A stretch of DNA of 63,035 nucleotides, filler included, from Methanobacteriota archaeon (GTDB lineage: Archaea > JACRDV01), in the NCBI GenBank assembly GCA_024860865.1. It is 4 parts of 4 records of this genome, joined end to end, with 100 filler letters (N's around TTAATTAATTAA, not from the genome) between each part and the next. Parts side by side here need not be neighbours in the genome. Positions count along the whole stretch, not along the records: positions 1 to 26,393 come from JACRDV010000062.1; positions 26,494 to 31,482 come from JACRDV010000065.1; 2 more parts are not named here. The stretch is one strand, 5' to 3'. A program made the translations under genes and the position numbers. This document shows positions 17,280 to 28,006 of this stretch, in pieces; position 1 is the first letter of the stretch, and each line of letters begins with the position of its first letter. A model generated the notes under the pieces. That model had not been told where the DNA came from, did not search any database, and saw nothing but the letters and a program-made list of their open reading frames with translations.

Positions 17280-19394
17280 TCACTCAGATTTGGAACTAGT
17301 TTTTTTAATTGTACTAGATTTATTTTTATTCCAATCAGACTTAGTAATACAACTTGGTAACAAACACATTCTAAATGGGCGTTTCCCCTTTCGCCATACC
17401 TGTATCATAGGTAAGCCACATTCTTCACAAGATTTATTCAGTGGAGTTATATTTCCAACAAGAGGCAAGGGGAATCCTGTCTTGCAGTTAGGATAGTTTG
17501 AACAACCGCAAAATCTTTTACCTGTTTTCTTTGAGAATATTATTCTCAATTCTCCCGTTTTACAGTTGGGGCAATTTCCTAATCTTCTTTCTTCCCTCCT
17601 CGCTTCTATTAATCCCTCTAAAAGTTTTTTACCGATTTTACTTTCATTTTCTTTAAATTCATCTAATACATCTGTTAAAGTTTTTTTCGCCTCTTCTATA
17701 ACTTCCTCTCTTTTCTTTTTTCCATTAAAAACTTGTTCCATATCCCTTTCAAAATGTCTTGTTAATTCTTCTGACAATATTCTTGGTGAATATTCTTTCA
17801 AGGCTTTGGTAACAGCTTCACCAAGCTTTGTTACCTTTATACTTTTTCCAGAGATATATCTTCTATCGTACAGTGTTTGTAAAATCTCTGCGCGGGTCGC
17901 TTTAGTTCCAAGATTCCGTGCCTCAAGTTCTTTTACAATACTTCCTTGCGAATATCTACTTGGAGGTTCTGTTTGTTTTGATAACAAGTCTAGTTTTAAA
18001 ATTTTTAGAATCTGGCCAATTTTAAATTCTGGCAGAATCTGTTCTTCAAAAGCGAGATAAGGCGCATATATTTTCGTCCAGCCTTCCTCTATTGTTCTCT
18101 TGCCTTGTGCAATGAATTTGTTTCCATTTACATCAAGAACAACATTCATGCTCTCTCTCAAAGCTTCATCTGAAAAAGCTGATAGAGTTCTTCTTACAAT
18201 TAAATCATAAATTTTCTTCTGCTGAGGAGTTAATTTTGTTATATCAGGGACTTCCCATGTACAATAAACACAGGGGTGTGCAGGATCATCTTTTTTGCCT
18301 TGTACAGGAACCAATTTTTCTTTTGCCAACAATTCTTCTGCAAATTTTTTATATTGAGGCAATGTAGCTAAAGATTTTAAAATTTTTTCATAGTTAACAC
18401 TAGGAGGCAATTTTTGTGAGGAGGACCTAGGGTAAGAGACAAAACCGGCTTGGTACAAGCTTTCTGCAATGCTAAGGGTCTGTTTTGGCGAAAACTTGAA
18501 TTGACTGTAAGCTTCTGACTGTAGGTCTGTTGTGTTAAAAGGAACAGGAGGTGATTGTTTATATCGCCTTTTCTTGATGTCTTTTACCGTCGCATCATTA
18601 TCTTTACAATCGGTAAGGATTTTTTCTGCTTCTTCCTTTTTCCAGATTTTATCCTCTTCATAAGTTGCAACAATTTCTTTTCCATTTGCTTTGAAATGCA
18701 ATTCTAATTGCCAGAAGGGAGTTGGTTTAAATTTTCTGATTTCCAGCTCCATTTCTAAAAGCATTGCTAGAGTTGGACTTTGCACTCGACCCGAAGATAA
18801 AATGGCAAAACCTCTTTCAGCCTGGCTTTTTAAAGCTAGTGTTAATGCACGTGTGGTATTAAAGCCCCAGAAGGCATCTAGAGCATGGCGTGTTAAACCA
18901 CTTTCCAACATAGGAAACATAATATGGTTTTCCATATTTTTGTAAGATTCTACCAATTCGTCTTTGGTTAGAGTACTAAATTTCATTCTTTTCGCGTCTT
19001 TTACACCACAAATAAATCGTAAAATATTATATAGAAGAACTTCCCCTTCTGTATCAACATCTGCCGCATCAATAAATTCAGTGGCATTTTTTGCAAGTTC
19101 TTCAATATTCTTAAAATATTTTTCTGTCCAATTTGTCTCTTTTTTAGTGTAGGTGGGAATCCATTCTAAATCAAACACAGGGTAATTCCATCCTTTAGGA
19201 TTATGTTTTTTAGAAGGATTAAGGACAAACAAATGACCAACTGCAGGCACGCAAATATGTTTTTTTCCATTAACTGTGAATTCATAATAAGGTACATTAT
19301 TTTTTGTTATTACTCTAGGTTTTTTGTCGGCTATAGCTTCGGCAATCCTTCTTGCAGCATCGGGTTTTTCTGCTATGATTAGTGTATAACTCAT
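17280..19394 (-). CDS. topA: DNA topoisomerase IA
   Basis: IAEKP, DVDTEGE, SSGRVQSP, VSYPR active Tyr, LGTKATR, C-terminal Zn ribbons. Confidence 0.97.
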   Translation of the reverse strand: MSYTLIIAEKPDAARRIAEAIADKKPRVITKNNVPYYEFTVNGKKHICVPAVGHLFVLNPSKKHNPKGWNYPVFDLEWIPTYTKKETNWTEKYFKNIEELAKNATEFIDAADVDTEGEVLLYNILRFICGVKDAKRMKFSTLTKDELVESYKNMENHIMFPMLESGLTRHALDAFWGFNTTRALTLALKSQAERGFAILSSGRVQSPTLAMLLEMELEIRKFKPTPFWQLELHFKANGKEIVATYEEDKIWKKEEAEKILTDCKDNDATVKDIKKRRYKQSPPVPFNTTDLQSEAYSQFKFSPKQTLSIAESLYQAGFVSYPRSSSQKLPPSVNYEKILKSLATLPQYKKFAEELLAKEKLVPVQGKKDDPAHPCVYCTWEVPDITKLTPQQKKIYDLIVRRTLSAFSDEALRESMNVVLDVNGNKFIAQGKRTIEEGWTKIYAPYLAFEEQILPEFKIGQILKILKLDLLSKQTEPPSRYSQGSIVKELEARNLGTKATRAEILQTLYDRRYISGKSIKVTKLGEAVTKALKEYSPRILSEELTRHFERDMEQVFNGKKKREEVIEEAKKTLTDVLDEFKENESKIGKKLLEGLIEARREERRLGNCPNCKTGELRIIFSKKTGKRFCGCSNYPNCKTGFPLPLVGNITPLNKSCEECGLPMIQVWRKGKRPFRMCLLPSCITKSDWNKNKSSTIKKTSSKSE

Positions 19395-19660
19395 AAATCA
19401 AATACTCCCTGAAAATCTATAAGCTTATTCCAAGATTACTGGTTCCGTTTAACTTTTTCGGTACTTTTTTGGCTATTAGCCTCTAAAAATTAACAGGAAT
19501 ATCCAAAGTTTTTCCTCTTCTCCTCTCCAGCCGATAAAATAACTAAGTCGAATTTTTTGTTTTTCAATTATTTCTTTCACTTTAACATAATTTATTTCCT
19601 TAGCGTTATTAATAGGCACGCTTTAATATGTTTGTTGAAATAGATAAAAAGGGTTTTATT

Positions 19661-19789
19661 GTGAAAAAGATTATCAATTCGTTAAAGTGCTCTTTCGGCT
19701 TTCACGATTGGGTTTATAGCTATGAATTATCAACTAGTGGGTATTATCGGTGTAAAAGATGTTCAAGAATAAAAATTAAATCAAAATAA
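19661..19789 (+). CDS. 42-aa Zn-finger-like peptide (C..GFHDW...CKRC), absent from ORF track
   Basis: MKKIINSLKCSFGFHDWVYSYELSTSGYYRCKRCSRIKIKSK. Confidence 0.5.
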   Translation: MKKIINSLKCSFGFHDWVYSYELSTSGYYRCKRCSRIKIKSK

Positions 19790-19792
19790 TCC

Positions 19793-20185
19793 TTAATCAA
19801 GGTTCCAACTTATTTTCTTTAAAACATTTATCTTTAGTATTGGAGCTTCACCCTCTTTCCAAGGATCCTTTCTAACCCATGAAAATTTTTTATAAAATAA
19901 TCCATACACTTTTCTGTATTCTTCTCCTCTTTCTAAGATTTCAGCTTTACCTTCGATCAAAACCGCATGCCTTGGAAAATATGTGTCAATAACTAAAGCA
20001 ACTTTTTTATTTTCTAATATGTTTTTATATTTTTTAGTTCCATAATCAGTAGCTATGTAAAAAAAGTTGTTAGATAAGATATAACACACGGGCACAACAT
20101 GAGGCACATTTTTTGAGGATGTGGCTAATCTGCAGATTTCTTGGTTTTTTAGGAACTGCATTTCATTTTTTGTAAATTCTGCCAT
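19793..20185 (-). CDS. Pyridoxamine 5'-phosphate oxidase-like FMN/F420-binding split-barrel protein
   Basis: CRLATS..PHVVPV, KKYKNILENKKVALVID. Confidence 0.9.
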   Translation of the reverse strand: MAEFTKNEMQFLKNQEICRLATSSKNVPHVVPVCYILSNNFFYIATDYGTKKYKNILENKKVALVIDTYFPRHAVLIEGKAEILERGEEYRKVYGLFYKKFSWVRKDPWKEGEAPILKINVLKKISWNLD

Positions 20186-20699
20186 AGATATTAATTAAAA
20201 AAGAGACTTATTTTATTTTTCTTCTAGGGAAATTTAAGATTTTAATAAAGGTCGATTTTTTATGTTAATTTCAAGCAGACTTAAGGTGGCGTTTTGCACA
20301 TCCAAACTAAGGAGCTTGAGAAAAAATAGGATAAATCTAAAATGGAGAAGTTTATCGAGTTAAGCTAATCTAAGGGAACATACGAAGCAAAAGTTCATCA
20401 AATTCATCTTCCAATACATCTTCCTGTTTGGTTTGTTTTTCCCTCGTTTTTATTGGCAATTCCGCTTTAATTTCCGCTTTTACTTTTCTCATAAGTTTAT
20501 AATCATAGAGTTTTTTAGATTAAAAGTTAATCCAATAAATCATATAAAAAATAGGTTTTTAGTAAGCATTTTTTTGTCATTTTTTAACTCTGAGTTGGAT
20601 TCTTTTTAACAAATTCTTTAACTCTAACTCAGACATTTGGAGAGTGCTTCTTTAATGATTTTTTAATTATTTTTCTAATTGATTCACGCACACGCTCAG

Positions 20700-21320
20700 A
20701 GAACTTTGTTTTAAATTTAGCAGTTCTGTTAGTTGATACAGTATTTTGCTGGCTGTTTCAGCTCCGTTTTGTTTGACAAGGTGCTTTCCAACTGAACTCT
20801 CATCTTATTATAAACCACTGGGTCTTTGAGCAAGTTATTTATTGCTTGTTGGAGATTGATTGGTGTTAAATTTTTGGTTAAAATTACTTTGCCTGCTCCA
20901 ATGTCCTCCATACGTTTAGCATTTTCCAATTGTTCAGCATGTTTCTCTGGCGGTATGATAATAGAACCCCGCACGCAGCAATTTCCATTAATGTTGTGTG
21001 CCCAGCTTGAGTTAGCTTTGATATATTCCATCAGATTTGGGACATATTCTTTGACCATCACTTCTAAAGGAATATTCAGTTGCTTTAACTTAGCTTGGTT
21101 TATGTTTGGGCCGGTGTTGATAACGATTTGAGCAGGAATCCCTAGATTATATGCAGACATGGTATTCTCTATTATTTTTAAGCCTTGAGTTGTTCCACCA
21201 ACTGTTACTAAAACAACCTTTTTTCGAGAAAGATGTAGCTTTTTTCTTAACTCTTAACTCTTCTTTACTAGGGACTTCGCTCGGAAGTTTCTTTAAAATT
21301 GGACCAATGAAAAACCAAAT
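20700..21320 (-). pseudogene. Fragment of a GT28/MurG-like glycosyltransferase
   Basis: FIGPIL, VLVTVGG, IIIPP..HAEQLENAKRME.IGAG spread over several frames; no N-terminal domain. Confidence 0.7.
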
Positions 21321-21434
21321 TTTTGAGGCTTTAGGTAGTACTCTTGTTGCGGGATTGTATGTTGGGGTTGGGCAAGGCGTGGATAGAAATGATACAACTG
21401 AAGTTGCTAGAAGGGTGGAATTAATTGAAAAGAT

Positions 21435-21855
21435 TTATCCCGCAATCCTCCTTCTTTCGAGAATACTAACCATTTCTTTTGCAGTTAGTATTTTTATTCC
21501 TTTAAACTCTTTCAGCTCTAATAGATGCTTATCTCCAGATACTATATAATCTGCCTTCCCAGCTAAGGCACATCCTAAGATTATATTGTCAGTGACATCT
21601 TTCTTTATCACATTTACTTTTTTAATTGACTAATTCTGAATTGTTCAATAGAATTTCTGTATAAAGAAGAACATCATCTTTGTTCAATCTAAACTTCTTT
21701 TCTCTAATAAGAATTCTTCCAACTTCGTCCAGTATTTCTTTTGAAATAACTAGTTTCACTTTCTTTTCAAAACATTTTTTTAAAATTCTATACGGATTGC
21801 CTCTCCAAAAAATAGATGAAATTAGTATATTTGTATCCACAACTATTCTAATGAA
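21435..21855 (-). pseudogene. PIN-domain toxin with a frameshift near 21620
   Basis: VVDTNILIS in one frame; DNIILGCALAGKADYIVSGDKHLL in another. Confidence 0.85.
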
Positions 21856-21856
21856 A

Positions 21857-22120
21857 TCACCTTTTCCTATGTTTGTGCACAATTCTTTCTATATCTTCTT
21901 CTTCCAATCCTTCTTCTTTTGCTATGGCTACTCCCTTTCCCACAAGCTTCTCAAATTCTTCTATGGCCGGAACCTTTATTTTCTTTAGAAAGATTGTATC
22001 TCCCTTTCTCATTATAACAAAGGGTGTACCTTTCTCTAACCCTTCCCTCAGGGTTTTAGGTATTACGACCTGTCCTCTAGAGGATATTTTTGTAATTTGT
22101 ATTTTCGGCAATATTATCAC
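21857..22120 (-). CDS. AbrB/MazE-type antitoxin
   Basis: TKISSRGQVVIPKTLRE. Confidence 0.9.
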   Translation of the reverse strand: MIILPKIQITKISSRGQVVIPKTLREGLEKGTPFVIMRKGDTIFLKKIKVPAIEEFEKLVGKGVAIAKEEGLEEEDIERIVHKHRKR

Positions 22121-22210
22121 CTACTTATTTTCTTACTTTCTTATCTATATAAAGATAACAGTTTTTAGAATTAGCAGACTATGTCGTATGCAGTTCATAA
22201 TCTTGTTTAA

Positions 22211-22810
22211 TCAAGTTTTTATTCTTTCAATAGAATCTTTACTCAAAATATAATGTTCATTCCTGGCATAATCTAATCCGTATATTTGAGTATCTCCAAC
22301 TTTTTTCTCAAAGTAAAAGTGAAGATGCCCAAAAATTAGATAGCTCGGCTTTACAGAATTCATTATCTCCCTTACTGGATCTATACCAACATCTCTCTTC
22401 CATTTCGTATGTATTACACCAACATTGCTGGGAGCTTCATGGGAAAGAAAAATGTCCACATTCCTCAGTTTCTTGCATTCCTCAACATCTTTAACTGTGA
22501 AGTGCCTTTCCCTTTCTTTGTATGTAGGGCTGTAGTTTCCATTAATCCCTGAGATTTTTAGACCATTTAAAACAATAACCTCAGCAGTTTTAATGTGTTT
22601 CAGATTATCGAATTTAATTCTACCCTTATCGATTGCCTTAATAATATCAAAATTTTCGTGGTTTCCTGCTATGAAATAAACAGGTTTGCTAAATGCAGAA
22701 TAGACAGTCATGTCTCCAACTTGCAAAACAAAGTCTGCATCCGCAGCATCCACAATATTCTTTGCAATTTCTATATCTCCATGAAGATCGCCGAGGAGAA
22801 GGATTTTCAT
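22211..22810 (-). CDS. Calcineurin-like metallophosphoesterase
   Basis: GDLHG, GD, GNHE, SH, GHLH. Confidence 0.92.
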   Translation of the reverse strand: MKILLLGDLHGDIEIAKNIVDAADADFVLQVGDMTVYSAFSKPVYFIAGNHENFDIIKAIDKGRIKFDNLKHIKTAEVIVLNGLKISGINGNYSPTYKERERHFTVKDVEECKKLRNVDIFLSHEAPSNVGVIHTKWKRDVGIDPVREIMNSVKPSYLIFGHLHFYFEKKVGDTQIYGLDYARNEHYILSKDSIERIKT

Positions 22811-22820
22811 GCCCTCACTT

Positions 22821-23810
22821 TTAAAATACTTTAATATCTTCTACAGTCGCCTTTCTACTAAAATCGCTGATTTCTATACCATCAAATAAATAGGCAAGAG
22901 GATACTTGATTTCACGAATAATTCTCAGTTTTTCTTTTGCCACACTTTTCTTCAAAAGAGACCTTGCAAGAGACAAGAAATTTTTATCCCTCTCATCAAG
23001 TTCTGCTAGAAAAGAATAATACGATATCACTTCCTCTATTGCTTTGGTAAGAGAGAAGCCAGAATCTGTCCTTATAAATCCAAATACATCATCAACAAAT
23101 TTCCTATATATGAACTTGCTCTCTATGTTTTTGAAAAATATTTTTGGATTAAAAATTTTTCTAGTTCTGTAAAAATAATATAAAACAAGTTTTCTCAGAA
23201 CTGTTTTGTCAGGATTGAGCCTTGATACGTGATACAAATCATAGATGTCTCTGCCCTTCAGCCTGTCATATAAAGCCCTGATTTTTGTTGCTGCAATTTC
23301 TTCAATGCTGTAGGTCGTTACTATGAATTTTTTATTTGTAATAGGCAACAAGAGCTCTTTTTCTACTTTGTTTAACACAGGAAATCTTTCAATAAAGGAA
23401 ATCTCCAATTTTATTGGTTGTAAAGTCCCAAAAACAGGGGTATACTTTGCATGTATTGTGGTCTGTTCATATCTTGTTTTGGTTTTTATCTTATAATTCA
23501 TATCTTGCTCTTTAAGCAGTTCTATTATTCTGTCTTTTATTTTTCTCCTTTCTTCCATTATCTTTCCTTTTTTCCCTATGGCATTAAAGTCCAAATCTAT
23601 AGAAAGCCTGGGTGTTTCTTTCAAGAAAAGTTTGTTTATCGCAGTACCGCCCTTCAGATAAAGTCTTTCTGCAAGAAATTTGTCTGCGTAAATGTCTTTC
23701 AAAACATGGATTAGTCTGAAATCCTGTTCAGCTAAGCTCAAATTATTTGTTTTTATTTCAGATGCCCATTTTTTAATTTTTGTCTCTGTTATTTCCAGCA
23801 AATTTACCAT
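22821..23810 (-). CDS. abiEii: AbiEii-type nucleotidyltransferase toxin (type IV TA)
   Basis: LKGGTA, RLSIDLDF, KIRAL..R...RDIYD. Confidence 0.92.
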   Translation of the reverse strand: MVNLLEITETKIKKWASEIKTNNLSLAEQDFRLIHVLKDIYADKFLAERLYLKGGTAINKLFLKETPRLSIDLDFNAIGKKGKIMEERRKIKDRIIELLKEQDMNYKIKTKTRYEQTTIHAKYTPVFGTLQPIKLEISFIERFPVLNKVEKELLLPITNKKFIVTTYSIEEIAATKIRALYDRLKGRDIYDLYHVSRLNPDKTVLRKLVLYYFYRTRKIFNPKIFFKNIESKFIYRKFVDDVFGFIRTDSGFSLTKAIEEVISYYSFLAELDERDKNFLSLARSLLKKSVAKEKLRIIREIKYPLAYLFDGIEISDFSRKATVEDIKVF

Positions 23811-24640
23811 CCCATTATATCCACGTTCTCAATTATGTTCCATTTTTTGGATAGCTTTCCTTTTTTATGAGCAGCAATATCTAAAAGGTATGCTTTGTTT
23901 GAAACATGTTTTTCTAACTCCTTCAACAAATTTCTATTCACTTTATATCTATTCTGATACAACTTATCCAAAATAAACCCAAACCTCTGCTTGAGAGAGA
24001 AAGTCTTTATTCTGTTTATATACAAAATTAATTTTTTAGTGTTTATTCTATCCAAGGAATTAGAAATGGTCCTTGCAACCTCACCTAATCCACCGCACAA
24101 ATCATAGCGATCCACTAAATCTATTGTGGTTTTCTCTAGATCTGACACATTTAAAAATGAGTTTGAATACTTCATTCTTTCAATTCCAAAGGACATCTTC
24201 TCTGAAATTTTTCTGAACTCTATTCTACTGTTTCCTATTTGTACGGGTCTTCTCTGCCTTACAACAGCAACAGTGACGATCATAGGAAGTTGCTCGGCTA
24301 TTCCATGCAAGTGGGCAGCACTTTGGTAACCTACATAATATTTCTCGTTTAAAATTTGCATGAGTTGGTCTATTATTAGGTACGGATCATTTACAAATTT
24401 CTCTCTATTGTAGAGCATGTCTGGTGGAATAACTATGTATGTGCCTTTCCCTGCCCTGAAGAGTATTTTCTTTTTTGTCAGGTTGTGCAAAATCTTTCTT
24501 GCATTACCTTCTCTAATCTTCTGATACTTTACTATTTGTTCTACACTTGTAACACTCCTTTCCTTGTTGATAAGAGAAAAATATACTTCCTGCTCTCTTG
24601 GGCTCATTTTAATCCTTAAATCCTTCAATTTTTCCCTCAT
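23804..24640 (-). CDS. abiEi: AbiEi-type antitoxin/regulator
   Basis: N-terminal wHTH, YYVGYQSAAHLHG, SDLEKTTID; overlaps the toxin gene. Confidence 0.9.
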   Translation of the reverse strand: MREKLKDLRIKMSPREQEVYFSLINKERSVTSVEQIVKYQKIREGNARKILHNLTKKKILFRAGKGTYIVIPPDMLYNREKFVNDPYLIIDQLMQILNEKYYVGYQSAAHLHGIAEQLPMIVTVAVVRQRRPVQIGNSRIEFRKISEKMSFGIERMKYSNSFLNVSDLEKTTIDLVDRYDLCGGLGEVARTISNSLDRINTKKLILYINRIKTFSLKQRFGFILDKLYQNRYKVNRNLLKELEKHVSNKAYLLDIAAHKKGKLSKKWNIIENVDIMGW

Positions 24641-24704
24641 ATATACACACCGTTACTATTATAGTAACGTTACGCATTTATAAAGCTTAATTTTTTAAGT
24701 TTTA

Positions 24705-24914
24705 TTATTCACTATACTCAAAATAAGAGCGAACAAAATATTTACAAAGTTTCATGAGCGCATAAATTGCATTTTCGCAAGCCACGAAGATTCTATTGGC
24801 AGCAGTGAGTATGTCGCCCTCTTCAAAGTTTCTCTTGGCAGAAGCAGGCGCACTCTTAGCACGGCTGAAATCCTCAATTATCTCATTTTTCACAGCGTCT
24901 TTCAATCCCTTCAC
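24705..24914 (-). pseudogene. Truncated HEPN-like protein
   Basis: GDILTAANRIFVACENAIYAL; coupled to the upstream MNT gene, but the C-half is missing. Confidence 0.6.
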
Positions 24915-25806
24915 CTTTCTGTATAATTTTATTAAAGAGCTTCATATAAAGACCCTCTATAATCTCCAACAGCTTTTCTGTTTTGAGTCTATTGGTGTTA
25001 CTCAAGATTTTGTATTCGCTTAATTTTTTTATTTTAGACATCGCATCTTTCCTTGACTGAGCTTCTAATCCTTCCAATTTGCATGCAAAAAATGCCAAAT
25101 CTTCAGATACTGTAGAAAGTATTTCTCTAGCAGATTCGTAATCTTTGTTTGTGTAATTTCTCCATGCTGCATTTATCCTCTCTTTCAAAAATTTCAATTC
25201 TTTTAAATCTTCATGTTGCTTCATGATTTCCCGCACATAATCTCCACCGTGAATTAATATTCCATTCATCAGCGCCTTTCTAATCAACTCATTTTCTTTA
25301 AATTCCATTTTAACGTCACTGGGCTTCAGGAAATGAATGTTTATTTTTTCGTCAGTCAGTTCAGAAATCTCCTTTTTGGCTCTGTTAATTTCTTTTTCAT
25401 CATCTGTAATTACAAGCAGGTCTATGTCGCTTTTTTCATCATAAGTTCCGGCAGCCAAAGAACCAAACAGTACGATGGCCTTTGGTTGGTTATACACAAA
25501 TTCTCTAAAAAGGGAGATAGCCGAAACCTTATTTTCAGGTAATGAAATGAATTTATGCTGATCAAAAAGTTGTCTCAGACTGAATGTTATGGGATTTAGG
25601 ATATTGAGCGATACAATCTTTGTTTTTCCAACTCTTTTTATCTTGAGTATGCCCAATGAAGAAAGTTTATTTATAGCGTCTGCCCCAGCGCCTTTCCCAA
25701 CATTGCTCCCTCTAATGAGCTCTATTTCCTTATACTCTTTCTGAGGATTTTTTAATAAAAGGGAAAGTATCCTTATAGCAGTCTTTGTTCCTATTATTTT
25801 TTCCAT
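24883..25806 (-). CDS. wHTH-minimal nucleotidyltransferase (MNT) fusion with a helical C-domain
   Basis: LFGSLAAG...SDIDLLV. Confidence 0.88.
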   Translation of the reverse strand: MEKIIGTKTAIRILSLLLKNPQKEYKEIELIRGSNVGKGAGADAINKLSSLGILKIKRVGKTKIVSLNILNPITFSLRQLFDQHKFISLPENKVSAISLFREFVYNQPKAIVLFGSLAAGTYDEKSDIDLLVITDDEKEINRAKKEISELTDEKINIHFLKPSDVKMEFKENELIRKALMNGILIHGGDYVREIMKQHEDLKELKFLKERINAAWRNYTNKDYESAREILSTVSEDLAFFACKLEGLEAQSRKDAMSKIKKLSEYKILSNTNRLKTEKLLEIIEGLYMKLFNKIIQKGEGIERRCEK

Positions 25807-26393
25807 ATTAAATAATTATTTTCAGCATTTAAATACTTTCCTGTTAATAGGGAATATGTCCTAATTTAAGGGAATAATACCTATTTTTAGGAATCCAAAA
25901 ACGTAAAATTACGGTCAGTGCGTTATTTCAACTCTCCTTTTTATCACAACCCAGGAATAGTCGCTGTGCATAGATCAGCAAGAGGAATAACTTCGAAGGA
26001 AGCTCTTGATGCGTTAAGAGGTGCCGTTAAAACGGTTGTATAGTATTCATACAATTTTTGAGATTTCTTCGCTTACAAATTTGAAAGTTCTTAATGATTT
26101 TATTTTGGCTATAAAATCAAGTGGTTAAATCAAATTCGTATTACCAATATTCTTTTACATGATTCTCTAATATTTTGATACGCATTGGATTATCAATTAT
26201 CCTGCAAGTTCTTGTATAAGAACTGATTGTTTGGAGATCAGTTTTATCTGAATCCCATTTAATAGGTGTACCATTAGATGCAAGTAAGGTCTGTAAATAT
26301 TCGCAATCATATCAATCAGCTTCATTTCTTTCACAGTTTTCAATTGTTGAAATATTTGAAAGATTTGAATTATAAAGCTTGTACAGCCAAAAA

Positions 26394-26493
26394 NNNNNNN
26401 NNNNNNNNNNNNNNNNNNNNNNNNNNNNNNNNNNNNNTTAATTAATTAANNNNNNNNNNNNNNNNNNNNNNNNNNNNNNNNNNNNNNNNNNNN
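26394..26493. other. Artificial contig linker
   Basis: N44-TTAATTAATTAA-N44 six-frame stop spacer. Confidence 0.99.
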
Positions 26494-26715
26494 AAAGAAA
26501 TAGATTCCCAAGGCCGATTTACTATACCTGCGAAATGGCGTGAAAAGGCTATTAAAGACTCGAAGGAAGTAATTGTATTAATGTATCCAAATTATCTGAA
26601 GATTCTGCCAAAAAAGCAAGTGAGCTTAACTAAATACTTTGATAAAATAAAAATAGAAAATATTGAAGACTTAACTGATTACCGTCGGGTTAGAAAGGCA
26701 ATAAGAAAAATTTGA
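26494..26715 (+). CDS. AbrB-type antitoxin, 5' truncated by the contig edge
   Basis: KEIDSQGRFTIPAKWRE. Confidence 0.8.
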   Translation, partial: KEIDSQGRFTIPAKWREKAIKDSKEVIVLMYPNYLKILPKKQVSLTKYFDKIKIENIEDLTDYRRVRKAIRKI

Positions 26716-26723
26716 GGCAGAAA

Positions 26724-27143
26724 ATGCGCTTTTTGGATGCCAATGTTTTTATTCATGCTTTTTTAAAAATTGGAAGGACTCTTAGGGCTGAGGAAAAAGA
26801 AATAAAGCAGAATGCGAAAAAAATTGTTGAAAGGATAGATAAAGGCGAAGAGGTACTAACTTCGGTTATCCATTTTAGTGAAATTGCCAATTTTTTAGAA
26901 GATTGGTTGCCTCTAGAAGAAGCGTTAGAAATAGAGTATGGAATTCTATCTAAGAAAAACATTGAAATAATACCGATTGCTAGAGAAGGCTATTATTTTG
27001 CATATGACTTAGCGATGGAAAAGAAGATAGGACTCAATGATGCATTAGCAGTTTATATTATGCAAAAAAGGGGTTTATTTGAAATTTATTCCTTTGATAA
27101 AGACTTTGATAGAATTAAAAGCATACAAAGAATAACTATTTGA
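26724..27143 (+). CDS. vapC: VapC/PIN toxin
   Basis: FLDANVF, LNDALA, YSFDKDFD. Confidence 0.92.
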   Translation: MRFLDANVFIHAFLKIGRTLRAEEKEIKQNAKKIVERIDKGEEVLTSVIHFSEIANFLEDWLPLEEALEIEYGILSKKNIEIIPIAREGYYFAYDLAMEKKIGLNDALAVYIMQKRGLFEIYSFDKDFDRIKSIQRITI

Positions 27144-27359
27144 CCTTAAGAAAGAATTCTTGTAACTATTTAGCCATTGGAAGTGAATTCAGCATCAAAA
27201 TGCATTAGATCGCCAAATTGACTATTGCTAAACTTGCAGCAAAGGTATTGCTTCATTTAAAGTCCTTAAATTAGCCAGCAGATACAATAAAATCAACTTC
27301 ATATAGCTAAATAGTTACAAATTCTTATTGACACATAAATTAATGGATGGAGAGTCCCC

Positions 27360-27956
27360 ATGGGATTGCGAAGATTTTTCATCACTGGTTTAGTTGTTTT
27401 TATCCCATTAGTGGCAACAATATACATCTTGTGGCTCTCATTTAATTTCCTCGATGGACTATTAAGACCTTTTGTAAAATTAATTGTAGGGAGAGAGATT
27501 CCAGGCTTAGGCATACTCGTTACACTTCTGCTCATTTTGATCGTTGGTGCATTTACAACAATTGCAGTTGGAAGAAAGGCAGTTGAAATATTCGAAAAAT
27601 ACTTGTTAAAAATCCCCGTAGTTAAGTGGATATATTCCTCTATAAAACAGGTTAGTGAAGTACTTCTCATGCAAAAGACGACTGGTTTTAAAACAGTAGT
27701 GCTTGTACAGTTTCCAAGAGAGGGCTCATATGCTATAGGACTTACCAGTGGAGCAACTGTTCAAGAGATACAAGACAAAACGAAAGAGCATGTGATCAAC
27801 GTTTTTATACCTACTACGCCGAATCCGACTTCTGGCTTTTTTATAATGGTCCCAGAAAAGGATGTTATACAACTTGATTTAACGGTTGAGGACGCCTTTC
27901 GATTGATCTTATCAGGCGGTTTTACACAACTTCCGTCAAGAGAGACCAAATCGTGA
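27360..27956 (+). CDS. DUF502 membrane protein
   Basis: FITGL..PL..T, IPVVKWIY, VFIPTTPNPTSGF. Confidence 0.93.
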   Translation: MGLRRFFITGLVVFIPLVATIYILWLSFNFLDGLLRPFVKLIVGREIPGLGILVTLLLILIVGAFTTIAVGRKAVEIFEKYLLKIPVVKWIYSSIKQVSEVLLMQKTTGFKTVVLVQFPREGSYAIGLTSGATVQEIQDKTKEHVINVFIPTTPNPTSGFFIMVPEKDVIQLDLTVEDAFRLILSGGFTQLPSRETKS

Positions 27957-28006
27957 CTATTAAAAACTATTTTCGCATCGGTCCAAAAAGTTGTATCCTG
28001 CTATCC

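Noticed and set aside
20586..20634. Imperfect inverted repeat TCTGAGTTGGA/TCTAACTCAGA
   Set aside because: Single short instance with no duplication or second copy; insufficient for a MITE or operator call.
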